Virus record (IMG/VR): IMGVR_UViG_2706794926_000001
DNA length: 64,000 nt
Source: an uncultured virus (IMG/VR IMGVR_UViG_2706794926_000001)
Taxonomy: Duplodnaviria; Heunggongvirae; Uroviricota; Caudoviricetes
Direction: 5' to 3' (one strand)
Below are positions 48,852 through 60,050 of this stretch, piece after piece. Below the pieces are notes generated by a model, which did not search any database, had not been told where the DNA came from, and was given only the letters and a program-made list of their open reading frames with translations. Both the position numbers and the translations under genes were made by a program. Numbering within the stretch: position 1 is the stretch's first letter; each line of letters starts with the position of its first letter.

Positions 48852-50417
48852 CTAAAATTTATCTAAAGTATTAATTGTATACTCCAGTGATTGTTTTGCA
48901 ATACTATTAACTAGTACTTCCTTATAATTATCTTTAAAACTTATGAGCATTTCCGAGTTAAATCTATTATATATATCAATATTAGTACTTTTAAGTTTTG
49001 TATATTTATCATTATTTTTACCATATAATGTTATGGAATTAAGTATTCCATCATATGAATTAAATCTAAGATTTAGATAGAAATCATTAATTATAATATC
49101 ACTATTTAACATATTGCAATTTTTATATAATTCATTTTCACCAAAATCTAAAAAATAATCCATTTTGGACTTATCATTTGAATTTATATTTAAAAATGTG
49201 GGCTCAAGCTCATCATGTACTGGCGTATATTCATTTTTTACTTTTATGTTTGTTTTAGATAAAGCTATGTTTGACGGGATATAATTTAAATTTAATTTAT
49301 CTACAATCTTTTCACATATGACACAAATTTTATATTTAGTTAAATCTATTATTTCTAATGGATTAATATTTTCTCCATTTACTGTTATTTGAGTATTTAA
49401 TCCAGTAATAGAAATTGGCATACGCGTTTTATTTAAAATTTCTGTTTCAAGTTCGGTTAGTGTTAACTTTTTAAAATTCCTAGTATCTATATCAAAAAAA
49501 TCTTTTGTTGGAATATAAAAATTATTTTCATCGCTAAATATAAAACTTGCTGCTACAGATATTCTTGCAAAACCATCACCAAAATTACCCTTCATAGTAG
49601 AATTTTTATCAGTTATTGAGGGCATATCCTCATATCCAGCTTTTGCAAGTTCTATTCCAGTAGTTCCAACATAATAACTACCTCCACCTCCACCAGTATT
49701 ACCATAACCATCTCTAGTAGAGTCACCGCCAGAATAGCCACCACCTCCTCCAGCACCATTATAGTAGTATCCTGGAATTCCACTCATATAACCTATCATT
49801 GCAATAAAGCTCGAGCTACCTCCACCTCCAAATCCCCCTTTAGGTGCTGATCTTAAATCAACAGTATATCCTCCAGCATTTGTAGAGATATTCCCATATC
49901 CACCAGCGCCTCCGTTTTTAAAAGACCAACCACCATAAAGCCAAGCATAAGCATGAGTTGACGGAGTACAGGTCATTCCTGCTCCATTTCCAATATATCC
50001 AGCACCACCGCCTCCTGCATAGGCTGAACCACCATTGCTTATATTTCCATTATATCCAGTTAAATTATAGTTACCTCCCTGCTGCCCTGCTTGCCCATGC
50101 GAATAATTACTTGAAAGTCTGCTGAACATAGAACCTCCTCCGCCTCCTGCACAGCAAAGAAGAGTAGTAGAATTTAATTCTACAAAACTTCCACCACCAC
50201 CACCACCTCTTGAACCATCCCATGCACCTTTTCCAGCTACTAATATTTTTAATACATCACCCTCATGTAAATAATGTGTACTCCTTGAATATGCGCCAAG
50301 ACCACAAGTTGATCTATCTTCACCACCACCAGAAGCCCCCCAGCATTCTATAACATATCTTCCTTCATTTACAATTTTATATGTTTCTATTAATCCACTA
50401 TATTTAAAATTCATCAT
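48852..50417 (-). CDS. Glycine-rich cassette protein G7 (intact)
   Basis: IECWGASGG, GGGGGSFV, GGFGGGG, GGGGGYSGG; ends TINTLDKF; ATG at 50417 follows GGAG. Confidence 0.8.
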   Translation of the reverse strand: MMNFKYSGLIETYKIVNEGRYVIECWGASGGGEDRSTCGLGAYSRSTHYLHEGDVLKILVAGKGAWDGSRGGGGGGSFVELNSTTLLCCAGGGGGSMFSRLSSNYSHGQAGQQGGNYNLTGYNGNISNGGSAYAGGGGAGYIGNGAGMTCTPSTHAYAWLYGGWSFKNGGAGGYGNISTNAGGYTVDLRSAPKGGFGGGGSSSFIAMIGYMSGIPGYYYNGAGGGGGYSGGDSTRDGYGNTGGGGGSYYVGTTGIELAKAGYEDMPSITDKNSTMKGNFGDGFARISVAASFIFSDENNFYIPTKDFFDIDTRNFKKLTLTELETEILNKTRMPISITGLNTQITVNGENINPLEIIDLTKYKICVICEKIVDKLNLNYIPSNIALSKTNIKVKNEYTPVHDELEPTFLNINSNDKSKMDYFLDFGENELYKNCNMLNSDIIINDFYLNLRFNSYDGILNSITLYGKNNDKYTKLKSTNIDIYNRFNSEMLISFKDNYKEVLVNSIAKQSLEYTINTLDKF

Positions 50418-50430
50418 AAAAATTTCTCCA

Positions 50431-51738
50431 TTAGAAAGTATCCAAATTATCATTAAAATACTTAAAATATTGCTTAGTTAACCTATTTATCAATACTTTT
50501 CCATACGCTTTTTCAAAATTTACAAATGTATCAACAAAATCATTACTTATAATTAAATTGTCATTTTCTATTTTAGAATAAGTAACACTATCGTTTTTAG
50601 ATAATGTTATTGTAGTTAACATTGTTGCTGATTTATTAAATATAAAACTTAAATAAAAATCATCTTTTAAAATTTCTGTATCTATAAAATATGCATTATT
50701 ATTTGATGCAGTCTTAAAAGTTTTGTCAAAATCAATTGCATATCCAATGCCAGATTCATTTGTTCCAATAATATATAAATAAGCATTTTTTAAATCCTCT
50801 AAAAAGGGAGTATATTTTTCTTTTATTTTAATAGTCGTTTTAGACAATGAGTATATTGATGGATTATAATTAAAGATAATATTTTTAATATTTAATTTAC
50901 TAATCATACATAGTTTGCACTTTTTAAAATCAAGTACTTTAGATGGAATTATTGTTTCACCATTAATATCGAAAGGTGAATTAATATTATCAATCTTATA
51001 AATTTGAGCGTTATCATTATTGTTAATAATTGAAAAAATATCATCTGCGCTTAATGGCTTAAAAAAATTTCCCCTAACATCATAATATTGTTTTTGGGGA
51101 ATATAATACATATCATCCATTTGTAAAAATAACTTTAATGGAAATTCTTCAAAGGTTATCACTACTTTTCCATTACCATTGTTTATTCCAGCTGTTGTCC
51201 CACTATTTTCTAACAGAGCTATATAAGAGGAACCCCCTCCACCTCCAGCATCCCCATTACCAGATCCGCCTCCATAATAGCCACCACCACCTCCTCCACC
51301 ATCTCCTGGATGACTTCCACCATATCCAAAACCTCCATTTCTAGAACCTGTACCTCCATAAACTTGACTTCCACCTATAGCACCACCACTTCCAGTATTT
51401 CCAGTCAAACCACCTCCTTCACCACCATTTTGATAATATCCACCACCTCCGCCTCCTCCAGAAGAACCAGATGGTCCAGCATTACCTCCACCATTCCATC
51501 CTCCACCACTTCCAGATGCTCCAGAAACTCCAGCTCCTCCTACATAAATGTAAACAGTTGAGATTTTAATTTTAAAAACATATTCCCCATAGCTATATCC
51601 ACCATAACCACCAGAACCTCCACCATCATTTCCACCACCTGCACCATAACATTCTATTTTTATTCTTTCTGTACCTATTGGTGGAGTCCAAGTCTGTACT
51701 GCTCCTGTATAATTAAATATAATTGTTTTTAATGCCAT
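50431..51738 (-). CDS. Glycine-rich cassette protein G6 (in-frame internal deletion likely)
   Basis: FNYTGAVQTW; lacks the ASDIR...RIIVA segment between glycine runs; ends NDNLDTF. Confidence 0.75.
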   Translation of the reverse strand: MALKTIIFNYTGAVQTWTPPIGTERIKIECYGAGGGNDGGGSGGYGGYSYGEYVFKIKISTVYIYVGGAGVSGASGSGGGWNGGGNAGPSGSSGGGGGGGYYQNGGEGGGLTGNTGSGGAIGGSQVYGGTGSRNGGFGYGGSHPGDGGGGGGGYYGGGSGNGDAGGGGGSSYIALLENSGTTAGINNGNGKVVITFEEFPLKLFLQMDDMYYIPQKQYYDVRGNFFKPLSADDIFSIINNNDNAQIYKIDNINSPFDINGETIIPSKVLDFKKCKLCMISKLNIKNIIFNYNPSIYSLSKTTIKIKEKYTPFLEDLKNAYLYIIGTNESGIGYAIDFDKTFKTASNNNAYFIDTEILKDDFYLSFIFNKSATMLTTITLSKNDSVTYSKIENDNLIISNDFVDTFVNFEKAYGKVLINRLTKQYFKYFNDNLDTF

Positions 51739-51750
51739 AAAATCACCTCG

Positions 51751-52908
51751 TTAAAATTTATCTAAAGTGTTAATTGTATAATCAAAAGATTCTTTTGTAA
51801 TTTTATTAACTAACACTTCATTATATGAATTTTTAAAGGTTATAAATTTAGCTTCATTTAAATTTTCATAAACCTCAATTTCATAGTTTTTAATTTTACT
51901 ATACTTGTCATTATTTTTGCCATATAAAGTTACCGAACTTAGTAACGCATTTGGAGTGTCAAACATAAAATTAGCATAGAAATCATCCTTAATTATCTCT
52001 TTACCTAATTCACTACATTCCTTATATAATTTGTTCTCACCATAATCCAAAAAATAACTAAGATCAGATTTAGAATTAGGTGTTATATTTATAAACGCAG
52101 TTTCTTGCTTATCATATTTATCCCTTATTTTTATATTAGTCTTTGCTAAGGCTATAGATGATGGACTATATTTTATATTTAATGTTGATATATTTTCTTT
52201 TACATCAGAATAATCTTGTATGAGACACATTCTACATTTAGATATATCTAAATAATCAAGTGGATTATAAGTAATCGAATTTATTACAAATGGTGTATTT
52301 AAATCATACAAATTGGTAATTAGGTAATTGTTATTATAAATTTCATTCATTAAATCATTTAAACTTATGGGGTCAAATGATTTTTTCGTAGTATTGAAAT
52401 ATTTTCCTATTGGCAAATAATACTCATTATCTTTTTGAAAAAAGAGAGTATAAGTTCCATATAATAGACTTATATTTATAAATGACAATGCTGGAGACAT
52501 ACGACTACAATTACCATTAGTTACAGACCCTGCACCACTGCCTGAACTTGATCCTCTGCCTGAGCCTTCTGTTGTGGTAACAGCTCTTCCAACTCCACCA
52601 TAACCAGGTAAAGTTTGACCATTACCAACAATATTACAACCGTCATCCCCAGCACCACCGCCGCCTACCCAGTCATACCAATCTTTACTTACACATGCTC
52701 CACCAACCAATATATATAAGTTGTTTCCAGCTTTTAAATTAAACTTTCCAGAAATATATGCTCCCTTACCGCCTTCATGTAAATTTGGACGTACTTTACC
52801 TACATTGCCACCCTGCGCACCATAAGCTTCTATTTTATATATTCCATCATAAGGAATCATCCAGGTTTGTATGGTTCCAATATATTTAAAATTAAAGGTT
52901 TTTATCAT
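51751..52908 (-). CDS. Glycine-rich cassette protein G5 (shortened glycine domain)
   Basis: FKYIGTIQTW, IEAYGAQGG; glycine domain much shorter than in paralogs; ends TINTLDKF. Confidence 0.75.
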   Translation of the reverse strand: MIKTFNFKYIGTIQTWMIPYDGIYKIEAYGAQGGNVGKVRPNLHEGGKGAYISGKFNLKAGNNLYILVGGACVSKDWYDWVGGGGAGDDGCNIVGNGQTLPGYGGVGRAVTTTEGSGRGSSSGSGAGSVTNGNCSRMSPALSFINISLLYGTYTLFFQKDNEYYLPIGKYFNTTKKSFDPISLNDLMNEIYNNNYLITNLYDLNTPFVINSITYNPLDYLDISKCRMCLIQDYSDVKENISTLNIKYSPSSIALAKTNIKIRDKYDKQETAFINITPNSKSDLSYFLDYGENKLYKECSELGKEIIKDDFYANFMFDTPNALLSSVTLYGKNNDKYSKIKNYEIEVYENLNEAKFITFKNSYNEVLVNKITKESFDYTINTLDKF

Positions 52909-52935
52909 AAAAATTCCTCCTAAAAAGCTGCTTCA

Positions 52936-54303
52936 TTAGAATGTATCCAAATTATCGTTTAAATACTTAAAATATTGCTTAGTTATTCTATTTATAACTG
53001 TCTCTGAACATTTTTTTTCAAAAGTAATTTGAGTATTTATATAATCATTACTTATATTTAAATCATCATCTTCTATTTTAAAATAATTAATATCTCTACT
53101 GCATAATGATACTGATTTTAACAAACTCATTACATCATTTAATTTAAAGCTTAAATAAAAATTATCTTTTAATAACTTTTTATCTATCGAACTGCAATCG
53201 TCATTTACGATGTCATATATATTTTCATAATTTATAATATAACTAATATTAGCTTTATTGGCTGCTTCTATGTTCAGAAAGGGATTTTGAATATTATTTT
53301 TATACGGAGTGTACATATCTTTAATTTTAATGTTAGCTTTAGATATGGCTTTAGTTGTAGGAATATAGTTTATATCTAATTCTTTAACATATTCATTAGT
53401 CCTAGAACTATTAGGTATAACACATATTTTGCATTTAGATATATCTAGATAATCAAGTGGATTATATACAATTGAATCTATCACAAATGGTTCATTTATA
53501 TTATATATACTGATATTTCCATAGTTGTTATTATTAATTTCGTACCTTAAATCATTTAAACTAACAGCTTTAAATTTCTTTGCATCAGTATCAAAGTACT
53601 TTTCTATTGGTAAGTAATATTCTTCACCTTTCTTAAAAAAGAAAGCAACTTCGTCGTAAATTAGAGATATAACTACTTTTCCATCTCCAGTATTAATTCC
53701 TGAAACTGTAGAAGCGTTTTCTAGTAGACCTAAATAAGATGAACCGCCTCCACCACAGCCACCAGTTGAACCTATCGCACCATATCCACCGTAGTATCCA
53801 CCGCCACCTCCAGCATTGTCGCCATTACTAGAATTTCCTCCAATACCAAAAGACGCTCCTGATGTTTGATTAGCAACTCGTCCATTATCACTAGGACCAC
53901 CAATAAGACCACCTCCATAACCACCGTTGCCAAGAGGAGTATCTCCAGATGCTCCTCCTCCACCTCCAGCAACAATTATTCTATTTTTTAAATCTGTTGC
54001 ATTAACTCTTATATCTGATGACCCACCTCCACTAGCACCACATGTGTCACTAGCTCCATATCCGCCACCATTAAAAGCATATGCTGGATATCCACCATCT
54101 GTACCCTTTTGCCCAACATATATGTATATTTTTTGTCCTTTTATTAAATTTATATCTCCTTTGGCATATCCACCATATCCACCAATATACCCTCCTGTGT
54201 TGCCACCCTGAGCACCCCAACATTCTAATCTATATTTCCCACTATAAGGAGTAATCCATGTTTGTGCTTGCCCAGTATAATTAAAAGTAAAAATTTTTTG
54301 CAT
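52936..54303 (-). CDS. Glycine-rich cassette protein G4 (intact)
   Basis: FNYTGQAQTW, LECWGAQGG, SSDIR...RIIVAGGGGG; ends NDNLDTF; ATG at 54303 follows AGGAGG. Confidence 0.8.
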   Translation of the reverse strand: MQKIFTFNYTGQAQTWITPYSGKYRLECWGAQGGNTGGYIGGYGGYAKGDINLIKGQKIYIYVGQKGTDGGYPAYAFNGGGYGASDTCGASGGGSSDIRVNATDLKNRIIVAGGGGGASGDTPLGNGGYGGGLIGGPSDNGRVANQTSGASFGIGGNSSNGDNAGGGGGYYGGYGAIGSTGGCGGGGSSYLGLLENASTVSGINTGDGKVVISLIYDEVAFFFKKGEEYYLPIEKYFDTDAKKFKAVSLNDLRYEINNNNYGNISIYNINEPFVIDSIVYNPLDYLDISKCKICVIPNSSRTNEYVKELDINYIPTTKAISKANIKIKDMYTPYKNNIQNPFLNIEAANKANISYIINYENIYDIVNDDCSSIDKKLLKDNFYLSFKLNDVMSLLKSVSLCSRDINYFKIEDDDLNISNDYINTQITFEKKCSETVINRITKQYFKYLNDNLDTF

Positions 54304-54394
54304 AATAAACCCTCCTAAAAAGCACATATGCCATATTGCAAAATGATGTAGTTTTTCCCCTATTCAACCAATTCTATAGAGCCTTGTATAATTG

Positions 54395-55233
54395 CTAAAA
54401 CTTATCTAAAGTATCAATTGTATAATCAAATGATTGTTTTGCAATCATATTAACTATCAATTCCTCATACTTATCTTTGAAACATACTAACATTTCCGAA
54501 TTAAAGTTATTATATACTTCTCTATCAATGCCCTTAAGTTTAGTATATCTATCATTATTTTTCCCATATAATGTTATAGAATTAAGTATTCCATCATATA
54601 AATTAAATTTAAGATTTAGATAAAAATCGTTAATTATAATATCCTTATTTAGCATACTACAATTTTTATATGATTTATCTTCACTAAAATCTAAAAATAA
54701 TCTACTTTTAATTTATCATTTGAATTTATATCTAAAAATGTATGCTCAAATTCATAATGTACTGGCGTATATTTATTTTTTACTTTTATATTTGTTTTAG
54801 ATAAAGCTATGTTTGATGGGATATAATTCATATCTAATTTAGAATCTTTATTAATATCAATAATACATATTTTTGAATTAGCATAATCCAATATATCATT
54901 AGGAAAATAATAAACTCCATCTATCATAAATGGCTTATATAAATTAATTAATGGATATACAGCAGAAGTATATCCGCCATACCAGCCACCTCCGCCTTGT
55001 CCAATATTCCCACCATTTCCATCCCACACAACACTCCATGCATCTTGACCTCTTCCGAATGCATATCCACTGGTTTGAGTTGCTGGGGAGCTTGTATTAT
55101 TAGCACCCATTCCCCCAGTTAATCCCCCACCTTTAGCACCATAACACTCTATTTTTATCCTATATACACCCTCTGGTGGAATCCAAGTCTGCATTATCCC
55201 TGTGTAATTAAATGTGACTGTTTTTACTCCCAT
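54395..55233 (-). pseudogene. Glycine-rich cassette G3, internally deleted and frameshifted
   Basis: ORFs 54691-55233 and 54395-54655 join into one paralog of G7; A5 at 54693-54697 versus A6 in G7; ends TIDTLDKF. Confidence 0.8.
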
Positions 55234-55245
55234 AGTAAATTCCTC

Positions 55246-55902
55246 CTAAAAAACAGCTATACTATCCTTTATAATTGTGTTCCTCTCTACAGATTTTGTT
55301 TTTTTGATTAATACTTGACTATATTTTTCTGGAAAAGTTACAGTCACTTGATTTATTGCTCCTGTATTAAAATTTGTATCATAATCAATCCTCTTATATT
55401 CTCCTAATATATTTTCAAATAATTTATTTAGCAATTCTCCATCATTCAATTTTAATAAAATATAGCTATAATTTTTGCTAATATAGTTAATATATTTACA
55501 TTTACTATTTACATAATCTTTGATGTATCTATCAGAATAGTTCTCAAAATATCTAGAGTCACAATTATTAGAATCATAGTAGTTATCCCAATTTTTTAAA
55601 TCATTTGATACGAGCATCTTATGCTTGTTTTCAAATTGAATGTTCTCATGCTTTATATTAGTTAAATTTATAAGAATAAAAGCATTGGAACTATTTATTT
55701 TATAGACCATGCTCTTATTCTTATTAGCATTAAATAATACAATTTTAAAAGGTGCATATGCTTTTAACTCATCCCTTAAAGAATCTAAAAGGGATGAGTC
55801 AAAAGCATTTTCAATATTTAATGTAGTTTCAGCTAATTCATTATTTTCAATACCAAAGTATTTATTTCCTGAATATATAAGGCAATTCATTTTAAGCACC
55901 AC
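55246..55902 (-). CDS. Module B protein 2
   Basis: Paralog of the C-half of 44009-45331; ends KDSIAVF. Confidence 0.72.
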   Translation of the reverse strand: MVLKMNCLIYSGNKYFGIENNELAETTLNIENAFDSSLLDSLRDELKAYAPFKIVLFNANKNKSMVYKINSSNAFILINLTNIKHENIQFENKHKMLVSNDLKNWDNYYDSNNCDSRYFENYSDRYIKDYVNSKCKYINYISKNYSYILLKLNDGELLNKLFENILGEYKRIDYDTNFNTGAINQVTVTFPEKYSQVLIKKTKSVERNTIIKDSIAVF

Positions 55903-55908
55903 TTTCGT

Positions 55909-56565
55909 CTAAGATAATTTATAATCTGTTAAATTATTTATACTATCTACCAGTTCTACTGGAAGTAAATCAGTAGTGTAGATATTATATTCACCAATTG
56001 TGCCTTGCAAAGTTAAATCTAAGGTTACATTATCTTTAGGCTTTGCTCCATAATCTGTTATTTCAACATATCTATCATCATATTCTAATAAATCTTTTGT
56101 AGAAGTATTAATATTCAAGCTCTTATGGACAAGTGGTGTTCCAGTTTCTGTTTTTACAAAACACTCTATAAGAAAGTCACTTCCATCTCCTGAATTTGGG
56201 ATTGTAACTGTTTCTCCAGCGCCTATATCCTTAAATACAAATTGCTCCACATTATTTATAAAAATAGAATCACCCGTTGGTCTCATATCTGCAGAATTAA
56301 AATCCGCCTTAAGCTCATCATAATTATTATCAACCTTAATTGATAGATTACTGATATTGCTATTTGCAGTTTTTATATCAGAAGTATTCTGATTTATACT
56401 TTGATTATTATTTTCTATTTTAGTGATTAATTCCTTATTGTCGGAATCGACCTTTACTTCCAAATTAGAAATCTTAGAATTTAGTGCAGTAAGTTTATTT
56501 TTAAGATAATCATATAATTTAGTAGAATAATAAGTTAATCCACTATTGTCCAAATATTTTTTCAT
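55909..56565 (-). CDS. Module A protein 2
   Basis: MKKYLDNSGLTYYSTKL; INNVEQFVFK; paralog of 45324-46001 and 62337-62993. Confidence 0.75.
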   Translation of the reverse strand: MKKYLDNSGLTYYSTKLYDYLKNKLTALNSKISNLEVKVDSDNKELITKIENNNQSINQNTSDIKTANSNISNLSIKVDNNYDELKADFNSADMRPTGDSIFINNVEQFVFKDIGAGETVTIPNSGDGSDFLIECFVKTETGTPLVHKSLNINTSTKDLLEYDDRYVEITDYGAKPKDNVTLDLTLQGTIGEYNIYTTDLLPVELVDSINNLTDYKLS

Positions 56566-58382
56566 TAACTAATCACTCCTTTACTTTTCAAATAATTATC
56601 AAGATAAGAATTTAATTCACTTTTTTTAATGTAATCGCTATTAAAAGATATTATATTATCAGAATCATTAATATAATATAGCTTTTTAGTTACTTCATTA
56701 AATACAAACTTACCAATCCCTAGTTCACTGGATACTTTTTTAGAAGAGTCAATGCTCCAATTTCCAGCTACATCTACCATCCAAGTTGAATTTGTTCTTG
56801 AATCATAAATATATTTATTATCTTTATCAAATTTTATATCGGAAAAACTAGAATACATTTGAGATAGACAAGAATATCCATATTGACATGGTCCTTTAAA
56901 TTTACTTAGTAACTCATTAGAATTTAAATCAATGTCAATTTTATTATAAGCAGAAACTGTAGTTGAATTCATATCAGAACTATAAGTTGTTATCTTATCA
57001 CCGTCTCTTATTATCTTCAATCTTATACCATTTGGTATATCTGCCCAATTACCGACAGTATCTGAGCTGATTGAATAATAACTTATTAATTTTTCATCAC
57101 TTCTATTATAGTTATATACAATTGCATATTGAGTTGATATATTTTCTACTAAAACATGAGACTCAAAGCTCCTCATTCTTACAACAGAAAGAGTATATTC
57201 TCTTCCAGCTGCATCTTTTGTAAATGCTATTACAGATCCTATGGCATCATTATCCATGTCTGTTGATGATATAGTAACTTCAAGATTATAATTATCATAT
57301 TTTTCTGGACTTATAAAACCAATATAACTGATAGAATTATTTTGACATATTATCTTTTTCTTATCCGAATCATATACCCAACCAGTAGTTTCTGATGTTA
57401 CCGCTGGCTGACTTTCGCTACTATCATGTGAAAATCTATACCAAGTATTATAAATTACTGAAGGATCTATTAAGGTTACTTTTGCATCCTCAAGTTCCTT
57501 ATCTGTTTCAATTATAGTTGCTTTATATAAAATATATCCTGGAGTTATTTCACTTGAACTATTGCCTTTTATATAATATACTTGCCCATTATTTCCACAT
57601 GGTTTTGATTTCCACTGTGCATCTCCATCAGCTTTCCATTCTAATATTTGGTCAGAATTACCTCCTGACGGAATATGGTTATATCCAGAACCCGTTGGAT
57701 GAATATAATTCTTTACATTTGCTTCTATTCCATCTAATTTTATCTTATCTTCTTTTGACATTATTCCGTCAGCTGTTTCTGTCACTTTATTTAAGGCAAC
57801 ATCTGCCCACTCTGCTTCTCCATCACTGTGCCATTTTAAATATTGTCCGCTAGCTCCTCCAACAGGAATATGGTTATATCCTCGTCCTATGGGATGTATG
57901 TAAAAATTTGCATTTGCTTCTATTCCATCTAACTTAATCTTATCAAGTTTATCCATATACCCATCTTCAGTGTGCGTCACAAGCTCCGATTTTCGGTAAT
58001 ATAAATCATTATGGTTATGAGGCAGTGGAATCCTTGCATCTGATAATCTTGGATCATTCCCTTCACATACTGTACCACTATCAGTTCCAAAAGGCCTGTT
58101 AAATGCTGAATATTTTGTTGGAATCTTAGGCTCACCATTTAAATCATCCAATGTTAATTTAACAACTCCGGACATATTGTTTATGCTCAACACTCCTGAA
58201 GCTTTCTCAAATATAATTTCTTTTTTTGCTCTCTTAACAGCTTCTGTAATTATTGACTCAACAGATTTATCTAAAAACCCAGGATCATTTTCAATAAATC
58301 TTTTAAACATATTTAGGAAATATTTTTCCATTTCATCTAATTCTTTTGTATATGTTGCATCATTTTTTTTATCTATTCTCAT
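56565..58382 (-). CDS. Module C protein: tail-fibre-like with lectin-like C-terminal beta domain
   Basis: EGNDPRLSDAR.P.PH.H, two DG.M.K.DKIKLDGIEAN repeats, HIP.GG...Q.L.W; ATG at 58382 follows GGGTGA (track start 58391). Confidence 0.75.
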   Translation of the reverse strand: MRIDKKNDATYTKELDEMEKYFLNMFKRFIENDPGFLDKSVESIITEAVKRAKKEIIFEKASGVLSINNMSGVVKLTLDDLNGEPKIPTKYSAFNRPFGTDSGTVCEGNDPRLSDARIPLPHNHNDLYYRKSELVTHTEDGYMDKLDKIKLDGIEANANFYIHPIGRGYNHIPVGGASGQYLKWHSDGEAEWADVALNKVTETADGIMSKEDKIKLDGIEANVKNYIHPTGSGYNHIPSGGNSDQILEWKADGDAQWKSKPCGNNGQVYYIKGNSSSEITPGYILYKATIIETDKELEDAKVTLIDPSVIYNTWYRFSHDSSESQPAVTSETTGWVYDSDKKKIICQNNSISYIGFISPEKYDNYNLEVTISSTDMDNDAIGSVIAFTKDAAGREYTLSVVRMRSFESHVLVENISTQYAIVYNYNRSDEKLISYYSISSDTVGNWADIPNGIRLKIIRDGDKITTYSSDMNSTTVSAYNKIDIDLNSNELLSKFKGPCQYGYSCLSQMYSSFSDIKFDKDNKYIYDSRTNSTWMVDVAGNWSIDSSKKVSSELGIGKFVFNEVTKKLYYINDSDNIISFNSDYIKKSELNSYLDNYLKSKGVIS

Positions 58383-58506
58383 ATTTATCACCCTTAATAT
58401 TAAATTTGAAATATTATTTCATTAATTTTATACTTAAATATAAATTCTAATAATTAATATACTTCTTAAAATTAGTAAATTTCTTATTATTTTAATTCTT
58501 ATATAT

Positions 58507-59901
58507 TTAAAATTTGTCTAAAGTATCATTTAAATACTCAAAATATTGTTTCGTAATTCTATTTATTAAAACTTGTTTATAATTACTATTAAAAGTTATA
58601 TAAGTATTAATATAATCATTTTCAATATTAAAATAATCAATACTCTGTTTGTAATTAATGTTCTCTTCACTATATAAGCTTATTGAATTTAAAATACTTG
58701 TTTTGCTATCTAATTTAAAACTTAAATAAAAATCATCTTTAAGGATCTCCTCATACAACACGTCGCACGTATTATTTATATAATTTTTATAGTAATAATC
58801 GAGACTATAACTTATATTTCTTTTGTCTGCGGCTATTATATTCAAATATGGATTAAATATATTATCATTAAATGGTGTGTATTTATCTTTAATTTTAATA
58901 ATTGTTTTTGATAATGCACAAGAGGAAGGATTATAATCTAAAGTAATACTATTGAAATTTTTAAATTCAATTACAACTAATTTATACAAAGTAAAATTTA
59001 TAATATCTGCTGGATAGAAACTTTCTCCATTTACCATAAAAGGAGCATTTAAATTTGGTATATTACTGGTATATATAAACTCCTTAGTACGAGCTATTAT
59101 TTCATCTATAGTAGCTTCCTTAAAAGTTTTCGTCGTAATGTCAAAATGCTCTTTATCAGGTATATATAGTTTAGTATCCTTTTCAAGAGCTACTATATTA
59201 GTTGAACAAAGTGATATTATTATTTTTCCATTGCCAGTTTGAACACCAGCAGTAGTACTTCCATCCCATAATCCGCTAATATAAGATGAGCCACCACCAC
59301 CTCCACCATCATCATTACCTCCACATTCACCACAGCCTCCACCATACCAGCCGCCACCTCCGCCGCCGCCATATGAGTTCCCTACAGAATTTCCACCTTG
59401 TCCGAAACTTCCATCTTGGTTATACCAACCACTATCTACTTGATTCCCCCTAGTACCACCACTTGTTTGAGTTCCACCATGGCCCAAATAGTATGATGGG
59501 CCAACACCATCTCCACCGACAAGCCCACCTCCAGCACCACCTATATAATTCCATGTAGCGTTGGGGCCATAGCCAGTTCCGCCACCACCTCCAGCGACAA
59601 TAACTCTATTTGATAGCGAAGTCCCACCAATTCTAATATCACTAGCATCTCCACCAGAATATACTGAATAACCTCCTCCATTCCATATATTATTATAATT
59701 AGGACAAGCTCCTACATATATATATATTTTTTGTCCTTTAGTTAAATATATAAACCCTTTTGAATATCCACCTTTCGCTCCATTATTATTTCTACTTCCA
59801 CCTTGAGCTCCCCATACTTCAAATTTATAAAATGATGTATATGGTATGATAAACTCCTGTATACTTCCAGTATAATCAAAAATATATTGACTTATAATCA
59901 T
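58507..59901 (-). CDS. Glycine-rich cassette protein G2 (intact)
   Basis: FDYTGSIQEF, FEVWGAQGG, ASDIR...RVIVAGGGGG; ends NDTLDKF. Confidence 0.8.
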   Translation of the reverse strand: MIISQYIFDYTGSIQEFIIPYTSFYKFEVWGAQGGSRNNNGAKGGYSKGFIYLTKGQKIYIYVGACPNYNNIWNGGGYSVYSGGDASDIRIGGTSLSNRVIVAGGGGGTGYGPNATWNYIGGAGGGLVGGDGVGPSYYLGHGGTQTSGGTRGNQVDSGWYNQDGSFGQGGNSVGNSYGGGGGGGWYGGGCGECGGNDDGGGGGGSSYISGLWDGSTTAGVQTGNGKIIISLCSTNIVALEKDTKLYIPDKEHFDITTKTFKEATIDEIIARTKEFIYTSNIPNLNAPFMVNGESFYPADIINFTLYKLVVIEFKNFNSITLDYNPSSCALSKTIIKIKDKYTPFNDNIFNPYLNIIAADKRNISYSLDYYYKNYINNTCDVLYEEILKDDFYLSFKLDSKTSILNSISLYSEENINYKQSIDYFNIENDYINTYITFNSNYKQVLINRITKQYFEYLNDTLDKF

Positions 59902-59990
59902 TAGAACACATCCATTCTATATAAAAAGCTTATTCGAATTTTAAAATTATATATCATTTTTTTATTTACTCTCATATTTATCACCTTCAC
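59901..59990 (-). pseudogene. Deletion scar: start of a module-C-like gene fused to the end of a module-B-like gene
   Basis: aaggtgataaatATGAGAGTAAATAAAAAATGA matches the RBS and start of 56565-58382; ends atggatgtgttcTAAtg (MDVF*) overlapping the G2 start. Confidence 0.6.
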
Positions 59991-60050
59991 TTATTTAGAG
60001 TGAAAGTTGATTAAACTTTCTAATATTTCAACTACATTTAAAATTTCATT

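Noticed and set aside
37670..55233. Shufflon or invertible tail-fibre switch
   Set aside because: All cassettes are in the same orientation, most have their own starts, and no invertase or inverted crossover sites were seen
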